From: a virus | Taxonomy: Duplodnaviria; Caudoviricetes | Length of the DNA: 64,000 bases | Strand: one strand, 5' to 3' | Virus record (IMG/VR): IMGVR_UViG_3300027917_004314 | Shown: positions 9,601 through 17,731 of the stretch, one piece after another | Position numbering within the stretch: position 1 is the first letter of the stretch | Layout: every line of letters begins with the position of its first letter | Notes under the pieces: generated by a model | What the model was told of the DNA's origin: nothing | The model's input: only the letters and a program-made list of their open reading frames with translations | Database searches by the model: none | Translations under genes and position numbers: made by a program

Positions 9601-11365
9601 TAAAGAGGTGCAAGACCTCACGTCTAGTCTTACATCTGCCGGAGGCTATAGAGTAGATGGTGGCATCATATTTATCACTGAACAGGTTGATAAACTAAAG
9701 AAAGCTGCTGCAGAGAGGAGTTCTATTAAAGAGCCGCCCGATAAGAAGGCGCTGCAGGCTCGTATTAAAGAGGCTGCTGCTGCATCAGTAATCGATGTTA
9801 ACGGTGGCACTTTCACCGCAACGGGTCAAAAGAATTTACAAGCCACATATCTAAACAGAGAGGGATCCGTATCTGATGACGCTTTGAGCACTTTGGCGAC
9901 TGAAGCAAGCCAAGAAGCATATAAAAAAGCAAGAAATGCGCTTGTTAAATTAACAGGCAAAAGGCCACAAAGTTTCGACGAATTTGATAAAGCAAAAGTC
10001 GGAGCCGTAAGAAATGGTCAAAGCACACCGGCAAGTGATATTGCACGAATTATTTCTGATATCGGGGAGCTGATAAGTAGAAGAGCCAAATTGCTAAAAA
10101 CCCTTAAAAGAGTATTAGAACAAAACATTGAAATTGGATACGTAAATGAAGATGGAACATTTAAGGTGTCCGCTGCTAATTTTTTGAGCACCTCGGCCTT
10201 CAAAGAATCTGATATGTTCTCAAAACTAATTGAAGAAGATTCAAAACATATACTTGGTCATATGTCTGGAAGCAGATTTATCATTAAAGACGAGCATATC
10301 ATTGCATCTACTTTTGAAGAAAAACCGCCTGCACTCACAAATGTAACGGTTACTGGTACGGAGCCAATAGTGGGAGAAGGTGGTGGTAATTTGGCAGGAG
10401 TGCCAGTATATACCGCATTCGGTGTTGATTTTGACATGTGGCGACAATATGGTTGGCGCGGCGAGCAGGCTTTTGATAAACCATTTTTGTGGAGTGCAGA
10501 AGCACAATGCGCACCATACGCAGTTATGTTGCTGTCTAGACAGAGGAAAAATATTGTTACAGGTACAATAACTGTGATGGGCAACGAATATTATCAACTC
10601 GGAGATGTAGTATATGTAACGCACAGGGAAATGCTTTATTATGTAGATGCCGTACAACATGAGTTCTCATATACTGGAGGTCTTAAAACAACACTAAAAT
10701 TGGTTTATGGACACCCGCCCGGAGAATATATACCAACACCCTTGGACATTATAGGAAAAAATCTAACTGCAAAAGGTAGAACGCAAGGCGCCTATAGAAT
10801 TAGACGGGATAGACCGGGTTCCGACGTGCTGTTGGGTACCATACAATTCAGGAAAAATTCTAGTAGTGTCGATCTATTGGAGGGTGCATACGGTGTAAAG
10901 AATTTTATGGAGCTTGTTAATGCTTCATTAACTGCGCGAGCAGATAAGAACATAGATGAGAAAAATCCACTCATTAGTGCAAGAATTTATATCATGTCGT
11001 TTGGACGTAATAAAAAACTTGGAGAAGCGAGGGCCCACATTGTAAAAAGTTGGTTCGCAAACCCCTATTCACCTATTGAACCGCAAGATGGAATCGGGGC
11101 TGTTGGTGGTGTGTCACAGCTAAACGTAACAAATAGAACTTCCAAAATAGACGAAGACCCTAAAAATTATGCCATTCCAGAGAAACTGGTAAAGGTTCAA
11201 ACTATTGATCAGTGTTCTGAGAAAGCGCAATTAACGCCTGCTGAACAAGATCTAATAAACAAAGGCATTACTGCTAATCAAAAATCCATTGCGCTGGATA
11301 ATACGTTAAACAGCGTAATAGAAATACGTTTGCGGGAGCCGCCAACTGGAGGTTGGAAAGACTAA
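6602..11365 (+). CDS. Baseplate hub protein (T4 gp27 / P2 gpD / VgrG-N-like) with large insertions
   Basis: 1587 aa; hub-like segments CQEVAKILNFELFCNSQGHIEFRPP and GTITVMGNEYYQLGDVVY...YYVDAVQHEFSY..GLKTTLKLVYG; position before the spike. Confidence 0.7.
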   Translation: MSIILSSQANVSTDDGLNILGDFGKSIGIPGFPEPPNLNSPVASGLESLKNAANDVLNKLLGKTNQEAWDLNFVESGKQRIAGGNVQGGKVPPLEEANIRQVYSQSPHVSVIIKKRAFSSLKNLYNPIFMDPSEQWLFRATKRLISNKCAEIADYERLTKILELDELGASPGTIIASLVSSLAENTGITTAFTSAMHLQKAAYDKQPPKLTTYFVDHDLPVLEELGAGNGIFEITMVSDVNTSLSLDGSGACNFNIEDPYRILFITEQDIESALQQTALSKFVDVVSNTASAALENAQIRDSLLSKARKERGKSEISFTANVGGGLDIVAVIDAIGFQITPDNLSDVPETHALDTNEEELFEGVYESLKTYQAAMKKNLLNGLSNILNSGAKIRSQMEYARKKMRLFYLGKSIIQPMDAVHILMDSGTRRLGEGDNVSIDKNQNILTAEGRISLANDVLGLGDDAIIDDDLLKMEWEREGQHMRFTDFKKLRMMQSSGEGGTHVFGGLVNTVTDRYDANSGKFVLSVACNSNMEWLKISKYNQQPSLDQTQGIVYDPLTPFDYETDPATGLPTGKPKLSDANVIAGTCKRYFDNGPRIGTTLETIEDMEQDVRRLGGNVITLYQHAPGLLYKWKEGIQTATYNLSTVDPLDGSLVDGKQLRRDVGFFASNTPFDNLDAANIISLLVTGFPYDPAKFVQSAINNGSFNIDTTLNSTKHYFHTFLDVQRSLNFVHGGFVPFKTLTSSPAALAKAINLQQQLTDRSSRLSQLRTQLAASSDKISQLKEMKQADQRLMDALDKKFGETSRTLDELENEIMGFKESAEWLKGGVLEVAGNDISFDLTGGADNFKLFSDRLTHASLRRREQIVNGRDTNFLIVSDEYDKDYDIQSFILKLKEQAPSFWKSTYMSVYQMCQEVAKILNFELFCNSQGHIEFRPPQYNRTPVSVFNQMVTLSKTSGIKIFPDFLASLYQSREQSLTNDIIVLEWEIRLKAALLGKKTLKEVQDLTSSLTSAGGYRVDGGIIFITEQVDKLKKAAAERSSIKEPPDKKALQARIKEAAAASVIDVNGGTFTATGQKNLQATYLNREGSVSDDALSTLATEASQEAYKKARNALVKLTGKRPQSFDEFDKAKVGAVRNGQSTPASDIARIISDIGELISRRAKLLKTLKRVLEQNIEIGYVNEDGTFKVSAANFLSTSAFKESDMFSKLIEEDSKHILGHMSGSRFIIKDEHIIASTFEEKPPALTNVTVTGTEPIVGEGGGNLAGVPVYTAFGVDFDMWRQYGWRGEQAFDKPFLWSAEAQCAPYAVMLLSRQRKNIVTGTITVMGNEYYQLGDVVYVTHREMLYYVDAVQHEFSYTGGLKTTLKLVYGHPPGEYIPTPLDIIGKNLTAKGRTQGAYRIRRDRPGSDVLLGTIQFRKNSSSVDLLEGAYGVKNFMELVNASLTARADKNIDEKNPLISARIYIMSFGRNKKLGEARAHIVKSWFANPYSPIEPQDGIGAVGGVSQLNVTNRTSKIDEDPKNYAIPEKLVKVQTIDQCSEKAQLTPAEQDLINKGITANQKSIALDNTLNSVIEIRLREPPTGGWKD

Positions 11366-13623
11366 TGACACGTAAACATGTGACAAGCGTTATTCGTCTG
11401 GCAGAAATAACGAGCGTAAATTATGAAGATGGCGTTGCGTTCACAAGATGGTTAGATGAAGGTCAAGAGATTGGGCCAGTTATTCCCATACCACATCCAA
11501 CAGCCAATAAGGGTGGTAGTGGTATCTTCATAGGGATAAAAGTTGGCACTGTTGTGGCATTAGCGATGGCATCTTATCAGAGATGGATTCCAGTACATAT
11601 CATCCCAATTAGGGCCTACTATGACGACGATGTATCTGATATTCCAGAAGCACACTACGATGATGTTGGATTCCCAGTTATTGGCGAAGGGGAAATAGTT
11701 TTGCAGGGTCCATCTGGAGGCCTGCTTGTGTTTGCTAATGATGAGTCCATTTATCTAGAAAACGAGTATGAAGAGGGGTTTATATATAGTGGGAGAGACG
11801 ATAGTACTAGGTGTCTTATACATACGTCTCCTCCAGTTTCATATAATGTCTCGCACGCTGGACTCGAAGTAAAAGGTATTGTTAGGCGTGACGTTAGAAT
11901 GGAAGACAACGAAGAAGATTACTCAGATTTTCTAACGGATATCGAATCCGAGGCCATACTTGAGGAAATTGGCTGGGATTACAGCAGAAAAGTAGCATAT
12001 GTTTCTAGAAACACTGAAGAAACTGGCGCAAGTGGTAGTGGCAGCATCCAAAACAAAAATTTTAGAAATCCAGCATTTGTTGAAGAAAGAAACATATTAT
12101 TAGAATCTGGTAGGAAATGGAATGTAGGGACATTTGACGAAGAATTAGCCAGATTTCAGCAGCCTCTTAAAGCACTTAATGACTTTGAAGATAGGTCAGA
12201 ATATCGAAGTAATGCCCTTGGATTGTCATTGGCAAATCCAAACGAGCTGATTGAAGAAATTAAAGGGACGGTTGTGGATCTGTTTGGTAACCCTGTAGAT
12301 ATTAATCGAAACATTATCGGCACTCCGAGCGGAAAGACTGCCAAAGAACTATTACTAGATACTGTAGAAAAAAATAGGCACACAATTGCCTATCATAAAG
12401 AAATAAATGTACGCAAGGGTTGGGCGTATAGAGAAGCGGTTGTTAGCACAAAAAAGCCAATTTTGCTCACAGATGTTCCAGATATTTTATCCGCCGCAAA
12501 CAATGCCAGAGATAGAAGCAAATGGTTCGTCGATGTAGATAAGGAAGGCCTAACAAAAATTAACATACCTGCAAGTTCAGAAACTGGCAATGTGCCATTG
12601 TTGACTAGATATGAAAATTCTAGTGTAATAGAAGTTGATAGTAGCGGCAAACCAACAGGCAAAGCAAGAGGTGTTGAAGACGCTCAAAAAATATTTAGAA
12701 ACGAGGCGAACCGGGACATATTTCTAGATCAGTTCGGCCCAGGCGGAATTGAGCTAGAGCCCTATGGTCCAGATAACAGATTAGCTGGATGGGATACCAG
12801 TTGGACAGATAGTGAACAGCAAGTTCTGGATTTAGAGATACAATCAGGAACAGCATTTCACGACATAACACAGACCGCTAAAGCACTACTTAATGAAAGT
12901 ATTAATAAAAATTCATCTACAATAGCATCAGACGTTATAAATAATGAATCTACCCCAGTGGAAAGCGACATACCAGCTGTAGCTAGCCCTATCAACCGGT
13001 CGATTCCAAAAGCTGAAACATCTAAAGCAGTTAGGGACGAGAAAACAGGGCTTGTGAAAAACCAACCAAATGCTGGTGGCCGCAGTGTTCATCTTAATCT
13101 TGATGGAAGTTTTGAGACATCAATAGGTGCCAACACTATCGACAGAATATCATGGACTTTGGATACTGCCGGTGCCCTGGTAGCTAGACTTGGCAGAGAC
13201 AGATCGGGAAGAAGTGCTATTATACATACTGATGGAACTATAGCTGTGGAAGTTGGGGGATATGATTTTATTGGAGAATCTAGCAACGACGAAGTGGATA
13301 CCAGATTTGTAGGTCGTGGAGATAATAGAATCGCGGCACTACCACTTGATCAAACTAGGTTCCGTGGCGGTAAGATTGTTATACGAGTTAGAAGAGCAAA
13401 TGCTGCAGGAACGGGCCCTGATCAGCAGGGAGATGATCATTTGGTTATTATAGATGACACGGGCGTTACAATAGAATCTGCCGGTGTTATGAATTTTGTT
13501 AGCAAAGCAAACATGACTTTCAAGAGTGAGACCGGCATTGTTATTATAGATGGCGAAGCTATCCAATTTTATGAACAAAACCCCAGGTATTTAAACCGGT
13601 CCACAAGACAACTAATACCGTAA
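11365..13623 (+). CDS. Baseplate central spike (gp5/gpV-like)
   Basis: N-terminal OB-fold-like SVIRLAEITSVNYEDG...GIFIGIKVGTVVALA; C-terminal short beta-strand repeats (VHLNLDGSFETSIG..., IIIDDTGVTIES..., VIIIDGEAI). TAATG coupling to hub (track start 11353). Confidence 0.7.
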   Translation: MTRKHVTSVIRLAEITSVNYEDGVAFTRWLDEGQEIGPVIPIPHPTANKGGSGIFIGIKVGTVVALAMASYQRWIPVHIIPIRAYYDDDVSDIPEAHYDDVGFPVIGEGEIVLQGPSGGLLVFANDESIYLENEYEEGFIYSGRDDSTRCLIHTSPPVSYNVSHAGLEVKGIVRRDVRMEDNEEDYSDFLTDIESEAILEEIGWDYSRKVAYVSRNTEETGASGSGSIQNKNFRNPAFVEERNILLESGRKWNVGTFDEELARFQQPLKALNDFEDRSEYRSNALGLSLANPNELIEEIKGTVVDLFGNPVDINRNIIGTPSGKTAKELLLDTVEKNRHTIAYHKEINVRKGWAYREAVVSTKKPILLTDVPDILSAANNARDRSKWFVDVDKEGLTKINIPASSETGNVPLLTRYENSSVIEVDSSGKPTGKARGVEDAQKIFRNEANRDIFLDQFGPGGIELEPYGPDNRLAGWDTSWTDSEQQVLDLEIQSGTAFHDITQTAKALLNESINKNSSTIASDVINNESTPVESDIPAVASPINRSIPKAETSKAVRDEKTGLVKNQPNAGGRSVHLNLDGSFETSIGANTIDRISWTLDTAGALVARLGRDRSGRSAIIHTDGTIAVEVGGYDFIGESSNDEVDTRFVGRGDNRIAALPLDQTRFRGGKIVIRVRRANAAGTGPDQQGDDHLVIIDDTGVTIESAGVMNFVSKANMTFKSETGIVIIDGEAIQFYEQNPRYLNRSTRQLIP

Positions 13624-13632
13624 GGAGAGAAT

Positions 13633-15654
13633 ATGGCGGCACCAAACCTGCCCGTTGTACCACTATTACCGTCTACTGGCGCTCGGCCTTTAACATATCC
13701 AGAGTTATTGGATAAATTAAAGTGCGTATGTACCGCTGGCGCACAAATACGACCATCTTCACTGCCGAGTGCTACAGTCGACTTGGCAGATATTATCGCA
13801 GATCACGCTAGGTTTTTAACTATCTTCACAGCTGGGTTTGGTATTATAACGGTGGTGTTAAAAATGATAGCATGTATTATTGACGTGCTATGCGCCTTAA
13901 TGAATCCGTTTTCTGTTATATCTGCTTTAATTAGATTGTTTGGAACATGTTTACCAGATTTTATTCTCATATTCCCGCAATTTGCCATACCTGCCAAGAT
14001 TATTTGTATACTAAAAATTATCTTGGCAATTTTGGAATATATACTTACAGTCATTGTTCCACTGATACAAGAAATTATACAGAACGTTGAAGGTTTAATC
14101 AGATCCATAGACGACAACAATGCACAAGGAATAGCGGCCATATCGTTCAAAATTGCGACATTGATTAAAGAACTATATAGTGTGTTGGGGATCTTTGAGG
14201 CGCTATCTGCAATATGGGCCATGATCAAGTTGTTTTTAGACGCTGGAATAGGAATCCCATGTGGCGGTTCAGGTGGCTCATGTGAAGGGTGTGCAGATGA
14301 TCAATGTAATGATACGCTTAGAGAGTCAAACATTACTGGTACTGATGGTGTGCTTTCTTTGAGCTATATAAGTTCCAGCAGTTACATAATCAGATTTTAT
14401 TCGAACTCTAAAAAATCCAATTTTCTGGATCTGCGTGGCTTTTTCCCAAGGGGGTTGAACTACAGTGAAATTGAAGATGAAGATGATCTTCCATATGTTA
14501 TAACTGTAGATGGAACAGCATACGCTATGACTGGCATAAATTCTAGCGGTACTGCTACATTATCTTTTATTAACCAACCATACGAAACAGACGGTTACTT
14601 ATCTGGTATGGTTTCTGGGGTTTCTTTTGTTGACCCCTTGGATATACGCTTTGGTGTTGATACGCAAACATTTTTACCATCGTATGCAGGCACCCGCTAT
14701 GTAGAATTAATAGACAGAACGAACGCTTCTTTCGCAACGGCTAATAATGGAACATGGCGCATTGAAGAAGTATATGATAGCAATAATGTGCGCTTAAGAA
14801 GATCAGATGATTACTGGCGCTATAGCGGCGGGGCTAACCCAGCAAACCATCTAGACTGGAAATTGTTGCCAGCAACTCCTTCTGCTGGATCTAATAAAAC
14901 ATTTGATCTTGAAATAAACCATAATGAACTTATAAGACATAACGTAATTGGTGCTGGATGCCACCCAGCTATTAAGGCAACCTTAGATGCATTTAATAAT
15001 AGATTTCCTGACGCAAGTAATCTCACGCTTCCAGAGTTGCCAGATTTCGATTTGTTGTTATCTGAGTTGGATACATGTTTAGCTGCTGTTGGTCCAGAAG
15101 ATGTGACCACAGACTACGTATTAGATAATTATGATTCTATTGCGTCGGGTGCAGCAGCTTTACAAAGTTGTATTGCTGGACCTATGGAAAATTTCACATC
15201 TGAGCTTACCGATTACGTAGAAGATATATACCCTAGAATTTTCGACCCAGAAAACTCTACTTTAGAAGCAGAGCCGCTCATTCAGGTGGTCGGCGAATAT
15301 GTTGATGTTACTTTAATACCATATGATATTAATGGGAATAAATTGGCGCAGACATTGCCAGTTGGTATTATAGAGGCAACAATCTTTAGCGATGTAGGAG
15401 TATTATCGTCGACACAAGAGGTGCTTGACGAGAATGGTGACTCTACTGGTGATTTTGTGGCAACCTTAACCAGTTATAAACCAACTACGGTGAAGCTTAG
15501 CGCACAGGTTGGTGGTAAAGACGTCGCTGATTTTAACGGTTCAACTTTAGTAAAGCGCATAGTAGAAGTTGAATTCGTAGCACCCGAGGTACAGAGAGTA
15601 CCAGCCATTGAGGGTGACACCCCAGAACCGCTTGGCGTAGGTAAAACGGAGTAA
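13633..15654 (+). CDS. Uncharacterised baseplate-region protein: hydrophobic helical N-terminus, Cys motif, Ig-like C-terminus
   Basis: 673-aa ORF with GGAG RBS; residues ~60-205 very hydrophobic; C-x6-C-x2-C-x4-C; C-terminal Ig-like pattern (VTLIPYDINGN...G.FVATLTS). Confidence 0.55.
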   Translation: MAAPNLPVVPLLPSTGARPLTYPELLDKLKCVCTAGAQIRPSSLPSATVDLADIIADHARFLTIFTAGFGIITVVLKMIACIIDVLCALMNPFSVISALIRLFGTCLPDFILIFPQFAIPAKIICILKIILAILEYILTVIVPLIQEIIQNVEGLIRSIDDNNAQGIAAISFKIATLIKELYSVLGIFEALSAIWAMIKLFLDAGIGIPCGGSGGSCEGCADDQCNDTLRESNITGTDGVLSLSYISSSSYIIRFYSNSKKSNFLDLRGFFPRGLNYSEIEDEDDLPYVITVDGTAYAMTGINSSGTATLSFINQPYETDGYLSGMVSGVSFVDPLDIRFGVDTQTFLPSYAGTRYVELIDRTNASFATANNGTWRIEEVYDSNNVRLRRSDDYWRYSGGANPANHLDWKLLPATPSAGSNKTFDLEINHNELIRHNVIGAGCHPAIKATLDAFNNRFPDASNLTLPELPDFDLLLSELDTCLAAVGPEDVTTDYVLDNYDSIASGAAALQSCIAGPMENFTSELTDYVEDIYPRIFDPENSTLEAEPLIQVVGEYVDVTLIPYDINGNKLAQTLPVGIIEATIFSDVGVLSSTQEVLDENGDSTGDFVATLTSYKPTTVKLSAQVGGKDVADFNGSTLVKRIVEVEFVAPEVQRVPAIEGDTPEPLGVGKTE

Positions 15655-15657
15655 TAC

Positions 15658-17283
15658 ATGTCAGATATTTCTAATAAAGACTCACGGGCAAATTTTGATG
15701 TCATTGCTTTTGCTAAAAGTATCTTATATGAAGTGGATGCTGTCAGGGCTTTTAGTAAAACATCAGATGATAAAACTGAAGGGCAGGTACAAACATACAT
15801 AGAGTCTAGAGTTAATGCGTTTTTTAGACTTATTGGCTTGCCAATGTTCGTAGAAGTAAAACCGAAAAACGAGCGCAATGCAAAGGTAAAGGCCGAAGGG
15901 TTTTCCGGCGAGCAAATACTGACCCCAGGATTTTCTAGAACTGTAAGTCCGACATTAGATTCAGTATACAATATTGTAAACAGTACAAAAGTAGAGATCA
16001 GCAAGGAAGCACAAAGCAGAGAGTCATACCTACTTAAAATAGAAAATAATATTGGCACACAAAAAATGAATGACGATATGTTAGAGGCCCTAAAGACTCC
16101 CATACCTTTACAGGCTAATGTAGTTGGCATGGTTGGCGAAAGCGGGCGTATAGTTCAGAAGAAATTAAAACCACTTATGACTGTACGTTTGGCTGACGGA
16201 GTGTTGCCACGCAGAAATGAACTAGCAAGACCGTTTTTATCGGAAAAAGATGATGACAAAATTGATTCAGATACGATATTGCCCAAACCATTTATCGAAA
16301 CTGTCATACGCATACGGTTGGTTGAAGCTGGAGGGGGAGGTGATGCGGCCAACAGAGAAAAGGTAAGTGATTTTCAGAATTCTATCAAAGCGGCGCTAGG
16401 CCGAGATAAAGACGGCGATGACATATTTGATCAAGTGTTTTCTAACTATAAGAAAGCATTTAGCGAAACGGATGTGCGAGAGGATTTTATTTTAAGTAAG
16501 TTGCTCGGAGCACTTCAACTGTTAGCCAATAAGTGGGTAAATATTAAAAGAAAACAAACGCGCTTGGCAAGCGAAATAGAATCTAATATCCTTATCAAAA
16601 CATCGTCTGCAAAATCAAGTCCGTTTGCCAGGAGAGCAAGTATTTCAACGACACTGAGTAATGATTCTACATTAAGTAAAAAGATCAGGCATGAGTCAGA
16701 AAAAATAGCAGTTGAGGAATCATATTTAAGTTTACTTACCTCAGATGATGTGGCTAGGTCCTCGGCCATTACACCGAAAGTTGCGGCAACTAAAAATACT
16801 GCAACCAGTGCACTTAACAGGCCGTTCACTGAAATAATGAATAATGACCTTACTCAGTTTAAGAAAAACTTGTCCAACCTTAACAGAACAAAGAAGAAAA
16901 AGGCAGCAGAGCTAGATAAATTAAGAATTGAGTTAGAAATGATGACCGGTGAGTTTACTGGGCTATCGATTCCAGATGTGATTATTACTATGACAGCATT
17001 ATTTTTGATAACTGACAAAGACTTGCTGGGACTTTTAGATTCCAAGACTCTCAAAGAAATGGAAAATGATGACATTCTGAAGAGGGCACTGGAATCCGTA
17101 GGGTCGCCGACAGATACTATCACAGCTGTAGCAAATCTTGGTCTTGTTGTTGACGATCTATATACCTTGTTGAAAACAAATATTGCTATAGTGGTAGACA
17201 GGAAAACTAAAACAAGCGTAACCAGTCGCGCCAATAGAAGAAAAGCTAAATCAACTAAAAGGAGCGTTAATTATTCCGAGTAA
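15658..17283 (+). CDS. Hypothetical tail/baseplate-region protein
   Basis: 541-aa, largely helical/coiled-coil ORF within the structural operon; no recognised family. Confidence 0.5.
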   Translation: MSDISNKDSRANFDVIAFAKSILYEVDAVRAFSKTSDDKTEGQVQTYIESRVNAFFRLIGLPMFVEVKPKNERNAKVKAEGFSGEQILTPGFSRTVSPTLDSVYNIVNSTKVEISKEAQSRESYLLKIENNIGTQKMNDDMLEALKTPIPLQANVVGMVGESGRIVQKKLKPLMTVRLADGVLPRRNELARPFLSEKDDDKIDSDTILPKPFIETVIRIRLVEAGGGGDAANREKVSDFQNSIKAALGRDKDGDDIFDQVFSNYKKAFSETDVREDFILSKLLGALQLLANKWVNIKRKQTRLASEIESNILIKTSSAKSSPFARRASISTTLSNDSTLSKKIRHESEKIAVEESYLSLLTSDDVARSSAITPKVAATKNTATSALNRPFTEIMNNDLTQFKKNLSNLNRTKKKKAAELDKLRIELEMMTGEFTGLSIPDVIITMTALFLITDKDLLGLLDSKTLKEMENDDILKRALESVGSPTDTITAVANLGLVVDDLYTLLKTNIAIVVDRKTKTSVTSRANRRKAKSTKRSVNYSE

Positions 17284-17290
17284 TTAATTT

Positions 17291-17728
17291 TTGAAAATGT
17301 CATTTGATTTAAAAATTGAAAATAACAATTTGAATTTAAATCCCGACGGATCATTACAGACTGTTCACGATAATAATAAATTAGCGCAGGATGTTGTAAA
17401 AGGGATACTGACACCATTGGGCTCTAATAAGTTTTTTAGATGGTATGGTAGCATGATAAGCGCGCGAGTTGTTGGAAATATTTTATCGGCATCACAAACA
17501 GAAGCAGAAATAGAAAGAGCGATATACAATACTTTAAGTAATTTAATAGCTTTACAGAAGGTACAGGCACGCACACAGTATGTTTCTGCCGGAGAAACCA
17601 TCGCTGCTATTAAAAACATAACGGCGGCCAGAGACCCAGTAGATCCAAGAGAATGGGAAATCACGGTGTCGGTTTTGACCAGAAAACTAACACTTGTGGA
17701 AGAGACTTTTAGCTTGAGGGTGGTATAA
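17291..17728 (+). CDS. Baseplate wedge/sheath-initiator, gp25-like
   Basis: 145 aa; DLKIENNNL..., Q...K.ILTPLGS..F..WYGS, RDPVDPREWEITVSV pattern; precedes baseplate J. Confidence 0.75.
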   Translation: MKMSFDLKIENNNLNLNPDGSLQTVHDNNKLAQDVVKGILTPLGSNKFFRWYGSMISARVVGNILSASQTEAEIERAIYNTLSNLIALQKVQARTQYVSAGETIAAIKNITAARDPVDPREWEITVSVLTRKLTLVEETFSLRVV

Positions 17729-17731
17729 CAC

